DNA from: Camelus dromedarius
Lineage: Eukaryota
Direction: 5' to 3'
NCBI RefSeq assembly: GCF_036321535.1
Contig: NC_087438.1
Span: forward strand, 11,782,001-11,842,000
DNA length: 60,000 nt
The notes beneath the pieces were generated by a model. The model had not been told where the DNA came from, did no database searches, and worked only from the letters and a program-made list of their open reading frames with translations. How positions within the stretch are numbered: the stretch's first letter is position 1; every line of letters begins with the position of its first letter. Position numbers and translations under genes: made by a program. This document shows, in pieces, positions 12,180-23,290 of the stretch.

Positions 12180-12408
12180 GGGGAGGGTATAGCTCAGTGG
12201 TAGGGTGACCAATTAGCATGCACGAGGTCTGGGTTCAATCTCCAGTTCCTCCATTAAAAATATAAGGAAATCAATAAATAAACCTAATTACCTCCCTGTT
12301 CAAAAAAATAAATAAAACAAAATAAATATATCTATTTTTAAAACTGTTTTTAAAAAATAAGCATGCAAACTAACAAAAAATAAAGTTGAAAACAAAACAA
12401 AATTTTTT
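12180..12408 (+). mobile_element. Camelid tRNA-derived SINE (vic-1-like)
   Basis: A box tagctcagtggtag, B box ggttcaatctc, A-rich tail, TSD aaa(g/a)caccatatgag at 12165-12179 and 12409-12423. Confidence 0.88.
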
Positions 12409-12959
12409 AAAACACCATATGAGTCATCTATAGAGGAATCAGAGTCCTTAGGGAATGAGTTTCAGTTGGAGCAAGAAGATCAAAGGTTGTGCAGAAAAGA
12501 GGTTAAAAATATGGGATTTTGCTGATGGCAGACCATTAATTAACGCCAGTGGGCAGAAGATTCAGAGAACTGTGTGAGTGGTTGGATTTGAGAATGAACA
12601 GGAATTAGTGCCTGCTAAGGATGGATGACCTGGGAAATTTGGGTCCCTGGTGACTTGAGAAGCATGATAATTAGACCTGCTGCTCCCACAAAGAATAGGG
12701 ATGATCTGGCCTATTTCTTAGCTCCCTCTTGGGCTTGGTCCCTTGGCATTCTAGGGGTGGCAGAGTGGTATCACTGTGTGGAGGGCATCCTTGTGTGTTC
12801 TTACCATGAACACAAGCAATTCATGGTGTGGTGAAGGCCAAATGCATAGAGAATTTTTATGATCTACAATTGACCTCCAGGCTATATTTTAAGATGTGCT
12901 GTTCAGGTTGGTGAGTTTTTTGGGTTTTTTTTTGTTTTTTTTTTTTACGTATTTGCTTG

Positions 12960-13412
12960 TTATAGAGGATTGAGTAGTGTCCCCAACCAAAATTCATGCC
13001 CATGCTCAGAATGTAACCTTATTTAGAAAAAGGGTATTTGCAGATGTAACTAGTAAAGAATCTTGAGACGAAATGATCCAAGATTTTGGGTGGGCCCTAA
13101 ATCCAAAGACTGGCATCCTTATAAGAAGAGAGGACACGGGGACACAAAGAGAAGAAGACAATGAGGAGACAGAGGTGGAGATAGGAGTAATGCATCTACA
13201 ACGTAAGGTGCGCCAAAGGTCGCCAGCAGCCACCACAGAGTAGGAGAGAAGCAGGGCATGGTTTCTCCCTCAGATCCACCAGCCTGTCAACCAACCCTGT
13301 CAACATCCAGATTTTGGACTCTGGCTTCCTAAGTTGTGAAAGAATAAATTTCTGTTGTTTTGAACCACCCAGTCAGAGCTAATTTTTTATTGCAGCCCAA
13401 GAAACTAACACA
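12960..13412 (+). mobile_element. MLT1C-like solo LTR
   Basis: cagaatgtaaccttatttagaaa..gggccctaaatccaa..ccttataagaaga..aataaatttctgttgttt..aactaacaca. Confidence 0.88.
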
Positions 13413-13519
13413 CTTGATAATAAGCTTACTGGGGAAAGAGACTAAGGCTCCAGAGTTTAATTCTATCTGAGAGTCACCCCGGTGCTCGGCATGTCACCAG
13501 CAGTCAATAAATGTATCTT

Positions 13520-13839
13520 AACAAAAACAAAAACAAAAAACAATGCATAAATACAAAACAGAAATAGACTCATAGACATAGAATACACACTTGTGGTTGC
13601 CAAGGGGGCGGAGGGTGGGAAGGGATAAACGGGATTTCAGAATTGTAGAATAGATAAACAAGATTATACTGTATAGCACAGGGAAGTATACACAAGATCT
13701 TACGGTAGCTCACAGAGAAAAAAATGTGACAATGAATATATATATGTTCACGTATAACTGAAAAATTGTGCTCTACGCTGGAATTTGACACAACATTGTA
13801 AAATGATTATAAATCAATAAAAAATGTTTAAAAAAAAAA
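13520..13839 (+). mobile_element. Young camelid L1 3' end
   Basis: agactcatagacatagaatacacacttgtggttgccaaggg..aatcaataaaaaatg then A tail; gtatctt on both flanks. Confidence 0.9.
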
Positions 13840-15254
13840 GTATCTTGAGTTAACCCAACCACTCAAGTCTATGAGTGCAAAATTTCTCAGACCTTAAACT
13901 GTCCCTATAAAGAAAAATTCAAGGAGCCACTTAAAGGCATTTCCATACTCTAATACACCTTATGTGAGCGACACAAAAGGTGAGCAACGTGGTTTCAACC
14001 ACCTGGACACATGAAGATAAATCCCTTAATTTACCCCATTTCTCCCAATTAGTGTTTGTAGAGCTAGAAAGACTGCATGTATTTCTCTCAATGGCTGTTC
14101 TATTGAGGTCAAGCCCTCTTATTACCTGCAGAAAGGCAAGTTCAGGAATTCTATTAGAGTTCTGAAAAATGTTAACAGCTATCCAACTGAGCATTTTTAC
14201 CAAGTTCATTTGTACCTTAGAAAAGTAGAACACAGCCATAGTAGTGGTGTTAAGCTGAGTATTGACAAAGCCATTTTCTACCAAATGACCCCCTGAATCT
14301 CACTCTCCAGACTGGGAAATGGCAGCAGTAGTAGGTTGACAGCTGGACTACATTCTCTTGAATTAAAGTGAGGCTTTTTACCAAAATGACATTGTTCACT
14401 CATAGAACTTTAACGCCATGAACAAATTATTTAGAAGATTTTTTTTATCGGCTGTCTAACCAGGTTCTTTCCTCACTGCAGAAAGGCACAAAAGGAAATG
14501 TAATGTACTCTTGTAGGTGGAAGGGGAGACCTGGGGAGCATCAGTCATCGCTTAACTCAAAAAGGCTTCAGGGGAAATAAAGCTGAACGATTTAAAAGGA
14601 GTGAGACAAAGAATGCTTCAGCCACTGAGATGACGGAAAAGCCCTTATCCTCCCCCCAGCTTCATCCAAGCGTGAGCGTGGACATAGGCTCTCCATCCTA
14701 GCATGTCCCCACCTGCCACCCTATGCCTGGTATTTTTCATCTTGAAGACAGAGGGAAAAACAAAAAGAAGGGAACGGTAACATACTCAGAGGACAGTGGA
14801 AAATGGGGAGCTAGAAAGAGATGGGGGTAAGATAAACTTTTGCTTGAAGTAAAGCAATATAGTAACAGTTGCTAAGAGAAAGCAATGCAGAGTTTTCTTT
14901 ATTTCTCCCCCTCTATCTCCACCTCAAAGGCTGAATATACTTAATAATACACACAGTCATAATTGTCTGTGGTACTTAATTATCTTTTATCATAGGCAGT
15001 TGTATGGTGATTTTTAACTCCTTAGAAAACTTTAAATAAATACAGACTATTAACTTCCTAAATATTGAATTAGTTGAGAGTTCCAGGATTTCATTAGGGA
15101 CTTTAGACTAAATATATTAAATTAACATTAAAGAAAAATCCTATTACTTGATATTAAGAATCTTCTTTAAAAAATGACACTTGAAATATTTTCCCGGATA
15201 ACTTAAGTGGACTATCTTTATAAGAACACATAATTTGTGTTTGTTGAGTGTGAA

Positions 15255-15405
15255 GAGAACATACAGTGGAGTAAAAACAGTCTCTTCAGCAAATGGTGTT
15301 GGGAAAACTGGACAGCTGAATGGAAATCAATGACGTTAGAGCACTCCCTCACCCCACACGCACAAACTCAAAATGGCTTAAAGACTTAAATATAAGACAA
15401 GAAGA
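15255..15405 (+). mobile_element. Isolated internal L1 ORF2 fragment
   Basis: Encodes IQWSKNSLFSKWCWENWTA..SKWLKDLNIRQ, matching the L1 ORF2 motif SLFNKWCWENW..SRWIKDLN. Confidence 0.85.
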
Positions 15406-15514
15406 AAACATGCTGTGTCCTGTCTCACCCTCATGCTCCCCCCTTGGAGATAACACTGTCAAAGATATAAAAGTGACAAACTCTGCCCCATCTTTTAGAT
15501 CCAGTCAAGATGTC

Positions 15515-15710
15515 ACCCAGAGGTGTGACTCACACAGGCTCTCCCAGCTGACTGCGCACATCTCTTTGCAGCCTCATGGTCAGTGACTTCATAGTTGTGG
15601 CCTACACTCAGCCATGGTGGGAAACCAGAAATCAGCAGCGCTACAAATCAAGGTGTTTTTTTTTTCTTTTTTCTGAGAGCCGATTGTTACCATTTATCAG
15701 CCCACCATGG
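15515..15710. mobile_element. MER63A-like hAT-Blackjack element
   Basis: gactgcgcacatctct..cagtgac..gccatggtggga..gctacaaatca..gagagccgattgtta..catttatcagcccacca. Confidence 0.7.
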
Positions 15711-15764
15711 ATACAATCTCATTTGTGACGACCTGAGGGAACCAGGCAGAGCCTGAGTACTAAC

Positions 15765-16008
15765 GGAGAGAGACTTTAGCCCGTGGAACCAAACAATCCT
15801 GAAGTCTCAAGGGCTTATCAGAACAGAGGTTTATTCTCACGTGAGCAGAGTCTGCTGCCAGTCTGAGTGATAACTGCATTCCACGTGGAGACTCCGACAC
15901 CCAGGCTTGCAGAGGCTCCCCATCCTGTGGCTGAACCCTCTAGGACACACTGCCTGTGCTGCAGGGAAGCAGAGCATGAGACACTCACCTGGAAATAAAA
16001 TGCTTCAG
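15765..16008 (-). mobile_element. Old MLT1 (K/L-like) fragment
   Basis: caaacaatcctgaagtctca..ggctta..gaggtttattctcac. Confidence 0.45.
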
Positions 16009-16430
16009 CGTATTAGCTTCCTACTGCTGCTGTAACAAGTTACCACAAACTCGGTGGCTTAAAGCAATACATATCTATTCTCTTATAGTTCTGGAGGACT
16101 TCTTGGGCTAAAATCAAGGGGTTGGCAGGACTATGCTCTTTCTGGAGGCTCTAAGGAAAAATTCACACCTTTTCTAGCTTCTAGCTGCTACCTACATTCC
16201 TTGGCTTATAGCATTTTTCTCCGTCTTCAAAGCCACCAGATAAATCCTTCAAATCTTTTAACAACCCTGTGATTACACAGTCTGCCTGGGCAATGAATGA
16301 TAACCTGCCTTAAGAGTCTTACCCAAATTTCACCTGCAAAGTCCCTTCTTCCATTTAACGTAATTTATTCAAAGGTTCCAGAGATGAGAATGTGGACAAC
16401 TTCAAGGGGCCACTATTCTGCCTGACTTAC
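16009..16430 (-). mobile_element. MLT1D/E-like LTR
   Basis: tattagcttcctactgctgctgtaacaagttaccacaaact..ctgcaaagtccct..ggggccactattctgcct. Confidence 0.85.
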
Positions 16431-18380
16431 TGGGGTTGAACATAGTGGAGTGGTCCTACTTCCTCAAGAAAAAATAAATAAACATCTTCACAGTCTTTGA
16501 AAAGCCTGGAGTTACCATTATTAATTCATTCTCCATCCCAGGTCTTAAAATATTTGTGTGTGTGTACACATCTACATACAATACCAATACATACATGTGA
16601 TTCCTCTTCACATTTGCTTCTTCAAGAACCATTCTCAGATGATATTTGGGGGGGAAATCCTTCAACTTCCTGGTAGGAGTAGAGAGGAGATGGAGTCTCC
16701 AAACATTTCTATGAAAGAATTGTGTCTCTCTCGTGATCCCTTATGGTTCAATTTTATAAGGGATGCACATTGGAACTTAAGTTCAGGAGTAAATATTGTC
16801 ATAAGTTCTGTGCATTCATTGTCCAGCAAGTTGCAAGGCCTCCTTTTCTTGGCTAGTGACTCCTGTGATCATTAATAATCAATCCCTTACAGTAATTTTC
16901 ACATCTATAGTTCAGAGGGACCTCTGTGTTGCCCTGTAAAAGAATTTAATGGTATTAAAAAAGCCTATGTTTTTCTTGCTTCCTTCTTTCCTTCCTCTCT
17001 TTCTAATGACAAACAAGATTAAAAATCTCCAGAATTTTAAAGCCCTCTACTAGGAAACCTGATTTAAGAAAAGCAAATATATTTTAACCCAATTTGGTTG
17101 ATAAAATGTGAAAATTTGCCTTCCAGTCATAACCTTTAGAAATGATTTTTCTTTTGTTCAAAAGGTACAAATGAAAAACAAATGTAAAATCTTACAAGGT
17201 AAATGTGGTCACTGGTAGAATTCCTGATGAATTAGAAATAGTCAAAAACCATTGCATTTGATATATTAAACTGAGCGATACACTACCTAATCTGATAGGT
17301 ACTTAGAAGACATGTGCTTCACAGCCTCTAAGTTTGCATTTGGCCAACTGCAGACATCTATTTGGGTAAAAACATGAATACTAAAGCATTTCCCCCAGAC
17401 AATTGTATTACATGGTCCAAAGCATGGTGGTTACTTTCTTGTATCATTAAGTTTTCTTCTGAGGCTTTCTCTTTTCCCACTATTCTCTTTAAAGTGAGAA
17501 AGAAGAACGCACACCATTTAATTTGCATGGAAAGCCAGAATCAAAGAATAATAAATCCCTGTTTTTAAGGTTCAGAGTGAACAACTCTCTTTGGCAATTA
17601 CCCCAGTTACTACAATGGGAAATGCAAAAGTCTCCGGAAGCTTAATTACTCTCCACATTTACTCTGATCTCTTCCTAGTAGCCTGCATCTCTGCCTCAAT
17701 TCATAGCTAGTCGAGGTCAGAGTCAGGGTTAACAGCCTGCAGCTCAACATGCATTAAGTCATTCACTGATCATTAAAACATCCTGAAAGAGCTTTGTGCT
17801 GAAGTTTTAATAGCAGCAATATATGGAGATTTGCTGTTCTCCAATATTAATAATGTCCTTTTACGACAGTAAGAAAGTGTGTGCATCCAACAGGTAACAT
17901 TAATCCTGATGACGAATTTTGCTCTCAGTGTAAATTCAAAAACAAATTTCTAGGAAAACTTCCAGAAAGGTGGAATTTCACGCATTAGAACTTTCTGACC
18001 AGTAGCTTATGCCGCAATTCCAGGATCAGTTAAGTTCTCTTGCTGATAGAGCCAAGGACAAGAAAGTGCCCTGGAGCTGGCCTGGAAGATCCCTCTAGTC
18101 CTGGTACCCTCTTCTGATCCTTCCTACAGACATTAATTGAGCATCTGCGATGGACTGAGGATACAGTAATGAACAAGACAGATATTACCTTGTTGAATCT
18201 GTATTTCAGCCAACCGGAAATACTCCTTGGAGAATGGTCAAAAAGAATCCCATAGGTCTATGTACATGATCAACGATGGGTTTCAAAACAATCACAAAGG
18301 TTTTGTATGTGTAGCTATTTGTATAACTTTAAAAGTATAAAACAGTACCATAGACTGTCTCTTAGTACATACATAGATCT

Positions 18381-19005
18381 TGCGTTAGAGGGAAAAAAAC
18401 CCAGTGGACTTCCACCTGAGAGAGGAAAACCTCAGGCCTCCCGCCTGTGTACCACTTTTACTACCCACACAGAACATTTCACTTCTGATACTTCTGGGCA
18501 CCAAATGTGTGGGGATTCTTCCCTCACCAAATAATTCTGTAACATCAGCTGGGTGTCCTACGATGTAACTCAGTCCTGATGCTATTCACCTGGAGGTGGC
18601 ATCAAATCCCATATTCTCATTCACGTGACTGACCGCCACCTCAGATGCCAATCGCAAGCAGTAGGTCTGCAGGTTACCTACGTCTGTCTGATTTGGCTAA
18701 AAACCAGAAGTTCTCATGACCTCTTCCTCCTTGGATTCAATTATTTGCTAGAACAGCTCACCGAACTCAGAGACACATGTATTTAACATTTACCGGTTTA
18801 TGAAAGGATATGATAAAGACACAGATAAACAGCCAGTTGAAGAGAAACATAAGACAAGGTCTGGGAGGGTCCCCAGTGAAGGAGCTTGTGTCCCAGTGGC
18901 GGTCAGGTGCATCACCTTCTCAGTACATGGATGTGTTCACCAACTTGGAAGCTTTCTGATTCTAGTACTATTGGAATTTTTGTCGTGGCTTTGTCACGTA
19001 AGCAT
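18381..19005 (-). mobile_element. MER21-like LTR, interrupted by the ERV at 19006
   Basis: cacttctgata..caccaaatgtgtgggg..cagctgggtgtccta..tcagatgccaatcgcaag..tttgctagaacagctcac.gaactcag. Confidence 0.8.
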
Positions 19006-19546
19006 TGTCAGGGAGGGAGAAATTTCTCCCTTTATCCCTCGTGAGTTCTTGTGGCTGGATTAACAATAAAATTAACCCAGAACAGATTAACAGAAGAAAA
19101 AGGAACAAACTTCAATGTGTAGATATGAAAGTCTCATTGAAATGAGACCTACAAAGTGACCAAAGCAGGCATCTTTTATACTTTTTAAACAAAGAAACAA
19201 TAAATCTATGAGGAATTAACAGGACAAAGAAACTTAGGTATTAGGTGCTTAATCAGTGAAGAATATACACACTTTGGGCTTGGGGTAGTAGATTTTAAAA
19301 GTGACAAGTTCTGTTTGTACAGCCTTCTTGGCCCCACATTCTCTCTCTGGCTATAAGGGTGTCCTTCTACTCCAGATGCACGGAGTGCACCTTACACATG
19401 GAAGATTTATTTTCTGCTTTCAGAGAGACAGAGAGGAGGGTCAAAGTGTCCCTCGTACCTCAGCCTTTTCTTAAGTAACTTTAATTCAAGATAATCAATA
19501 TGTTACTGAGGCATATTTGGAGGCATCCTGCCCTGGGACCCAACAG
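19006..19546 (-). mobile_element. 3' LTR of ERV1-class provirus
   Basis: TG..CA bounded; adjacent purine tract on minus strand (ccccct on + at ~19550); homologous to 26633-26965. Confidence 0.8.
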
Positions 19547-21951
19547 TTACCCCCCTGAGACTTCCTGCAAGTGTCACATGTTAAAAGTTGAGATGGTAGA
19601 TTGTTTCATCTCACTGAAGCAGTCTCTTAGTCTTGACAACAGGTCCATTTATTTAAACTCATTTCAGGAGGTGGTGATGCAGGTCAGCTCCCAAAGTCAG
19701 GTCTCCATTATGCAAGCAATCAGGTATTTAATAAGAGGTGTTTCTATGGAGACAGAAGAAAAAATAAAGATTAATGATTGGAGCAGATTGTCATCCAGTG
19801 TCTGAGCCCAGGGGCAGTCAGTCAATAAGATTTCTGAAAGATGTCGGGTTGACGCATCTTTTGCAGTTTGAAATGTCTCTGATGATGTCATCAGATGTTC
19901 AGGTAAACTTCTTGAGTGGCTTATACAGCAACAGACATGAAGCTTGCTTAAATATGAGCTGTTGTGGCAATTTCTCTGAAGTTTATGTCAAGTCACCTAG
20001 CTTCAGTTTGTAGGGTTTCAGGAAAAGGGGCACTTTTTGTTCTCAATGATTCCAAGTCAAAAGGGTGGGAGAAAATTGAAAATGTTTGGAGATTCATGGC
20101 CAGATATCAGAGGAAACTAAAAACATTAATGATCCAGTTTAGTTTTTAGGTAAATAACTAAACCTCAAGGAAAATTAATAGCATTAAAATCTAATATCCA
20201 CAAGTGTGTGTTACAGTTTCTACTGAAGCATAATTTTTCTCTCTAAAATCACTGGCATTTTTACCAAAGATAGCCAGATTAAGACTAATTTGTTGGCAAA
20301 ATAAGTCTACTTTCCATAAACTTGGCCTGATTATTTACACAGGTTTAACAACAATAGTACTTGATCACAGAGGCTCTTTTAAATTTGTTTTGCTGGAATT
20401 TGTCATAAGGAACCTCCAGATTGAACATTTAATAGCCTCTTGAGGCTAAGAAGCCAAGGTAAATATTTGCCATCAGACTTTGCGTACAAAACCTACAAAT
20501 TTGGGTGAATTCCTTTCTCCTTAGGGTCTCCGAAATATCCTGAGGTGACTGTGCCTGCCAGGAAGTGACCTTCCTTACTCATCTGGTAAGGCTGCTAGGG
20601 ACCCTGTAAGCAAGAAACCAGACGGTTTTCCCAAGGGGTTTTATTGGCTTCATACAATCAACCTTGGTTCCTTAAAACCGTCTGGTCATATCTGAGTCTA
20701 TGTCTGTCTCTCTCAAATATAACGTTCCAGGAAAGGTTTGTTAATACAATCAATGTTTTCAGTTGTGTCCTGTTATAAGGAGGATAGATTCTTATTGAGC
20801 TTATACAAATCATTTGCAAGAATTTACACAAGAGCAGTCACTGAGAGTTTCTGAATTCAGGAGGGCCCAGGTAGAGAGAAAAAGATAAATGTTCCAATTC
20901 TGTTTACAAATATAACTTACCAAATTGCTCTAAGGCATAGTTAGCTTAAGAGACAAGAGGAAAAGCTTTCCTTAAATCTGGAGAAACAAAACATTTAAAA
21001 AATTAGCATTGTTTTTCAAAAAAATTAATCATCTTCCTCAGTTCATTTAGTCCTATTTAATTAATTCTTGTTCTGCTTGATCATTTGTTGGAAGTTTTAT
21101 AAAGCTTCTCATTTTTTTTCATTAGGGTTCTGTAAATTCTTACCCAATTCAGTGGTATGATTTGAAAGTTACTGGCAACTTGTATTCCACAGTAGTCGTT
21201 AGATTAATTTCCATTAATTTCTCTGAGGATAAAACACATTTGCAGGAAGCTTTTGCAAAAGCATCTGAGTGAAATAATAACAGCCTGTAAATGAGGAGTC
21301 TTAAAAATGTGCATTGTTAAAGATCTGATTCATTATAATGGAACTGACAAAATATTTGGTTATCTCTGTGACACACAACATTTTAAGATAATAACTAGAA
21401 TTATGACTTATTATACTAAATTTTAGGAATTTCAAGTAATTTATAAAATATTTATATTAATAAAATTTACCTATAAAATATACCTAAGATTTATTGTAAT
21501 TTATTTGACGTTTCCCACATAATTTAATATACCAAATAAGTTTAGTTTATTAAATATTTCTCTTTTATAAAGAGAGAAAACAAATCTTCTGAGGGCTCCA
21601 GGGTCCCTCTGAAAAACCCCAATGTTATTTCTAGGTCAATAAGACTTTATTTAGATTTGATTTGGAGGAAGTTTGTCAAAAATATCAACAAGATTTTAAA
21701 ACATGTAGTAAATAAGACCATAGGCCATTTTGAAAAAATACTTAGTTACCCATTTAATTACAATGACAAAAACTTTACAGGCAAATACAGAAAATTAAAT
21801 AGCTGTTAAAAGCCTTATCTCTTTCAATATTGAAAAGATTCAGGGTGTTTTTTCTTCTAGATAATGAAAGACAAAACATAAATAAAAAACAAAATACAGA
21901 TTTTTTTGTTTTTCTGAACAGATTACATTAAAGGTAAAAAACAAAGTCTTG

Positions 21952-22610
21952 TAAAAATAGATTTACCATATGATCCAGCAATCCCACTCCTGGGTATATA
22001 TCCAGAGGGATCCTTAATTCAAAAAACACCTACACCCCAATGTTCATAGCAGCACTATTTACAATAGCCAAGACATGGAAACAACCTAAATCTCCATTGA
22101 CAGATGACTGGATAAAGAAGTTGTGGTATATTTATACAATGGAATACTACTCAGCCACAAAAATAATAAAATAATGCCATTTGCAGCAACATAGATAGCC
22201 CTGGAGAATGTCATTCTAAGTGAAGTAAGCCAGAAAGAGAAAGAAAAATACCATATGATATCACTCATATGTGGAACGAAAAAAAAGAAAAAGAAAAAGA
22301 CAAATGCACTTGTATATAAAACAGAAACAGACTCATAAACAGAGAAAAAAAACTTATGGTTACCAGTGGGGAGAGGGTGGGAAGGGATAAATTGGGAGTT
22401 TGAGATTTGCAGATACTGACTGGTATATATAAAATAGACAAACAAATTTCTACTGTATAGCAAAGGGAACTATAGTCATATCTTATAGTAGCTTATGGTG
22501 AAAAAGAATATGAAAACAAATATATGTATGTTCATGTATGACTGAAACACAGTGTTGTATGCCAGAAATTGACACAACATTGTAAACTGACTATACTTCA
22601 ATAAAAATAA
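21952..22610 (+). mobile_element. Camelid L1 3' end nested in ERV
   Basis: ccatatgatccagcaatcccactcctggg..gactatacttcaataaaa; aaagtctt(t)g on both flanks. Confidence 0.92.
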
Positions 22611-22649
22611 TAAAGTCTTTGTTTACAATTTCTCATTAAGAGCATATCT

Positions 22650-23290
22650 GAGTGTCCATTAACAGATGAATGGATAAAGAAGATGTGGTATATGTACACA
22701 ATGGAATACTGCTCAGCCATAAAAAAAGAATAGAATTTTGTCATTTGAAACAATATGGACGGACCTGGAGGGTATAATGCTAAGTGAAATAAGTCAGACA
22801 GAGAAAGGCAAATACTGTCTGTTATCACTTATATGTGGAATCTAAAAAATAAAACAAATGAATAAATATAACATAATAGAAACAGATCCACAGATATAGA
22901 GAACAAACTAGTGGTTATCAATGTGTGGAGGGAAGGGAGGAGGCAAGATAGATGGAAAGGATTAACAGGTAAAAGCTACTATGTATAAGATAAATAGGCT
23001 ATAAGGGAATGTGGCCAATATTTTATAATAACTTTTTTTATTGAAGTATAGTCAGTTTACAATGTTGTGTCAATTTCTGGTATACAGCACAAGTCTTCAG
23101 TCATACATGAATATACATATATTCATTTTCATATTCTTTTTCACTATGAGCTACTACATATAATAACCTTAAATGAAGTATAATCTACAAATATTTTGAA
23201 TCACTATGTAGTATATATAATATAATAATATAAATCAACTATACTTCAATAAAAAATAAAACATAAAAAAATAAATGAATAAAATTGCAT
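22650..23290 (+). mobile_element. Older L1 3' end nested in ERV
   Basis: tgtccattaacagatgaatggataaagaagatgtgg..aaatcaactatacttcaataaaaaa. Confidence 0.88.
23034..23158 (-). mobile_element. Short camelid L1 3' end inserted antisense within the preceding L1
   Basis: ttttttattgaagtatagtcagtttacaatg; tataataac(t/c)tt on both flanks. Confidence 0.85.

Noticed and set aside
12180..12255. tRNA-like gene (also 50190-50267 and 33945-34010)
   Set aside because: Degenerate stems; the first two have A-rich tails and TSDs and the third runs into a SINE-like body, so these are SINE heads, not tRNA genes
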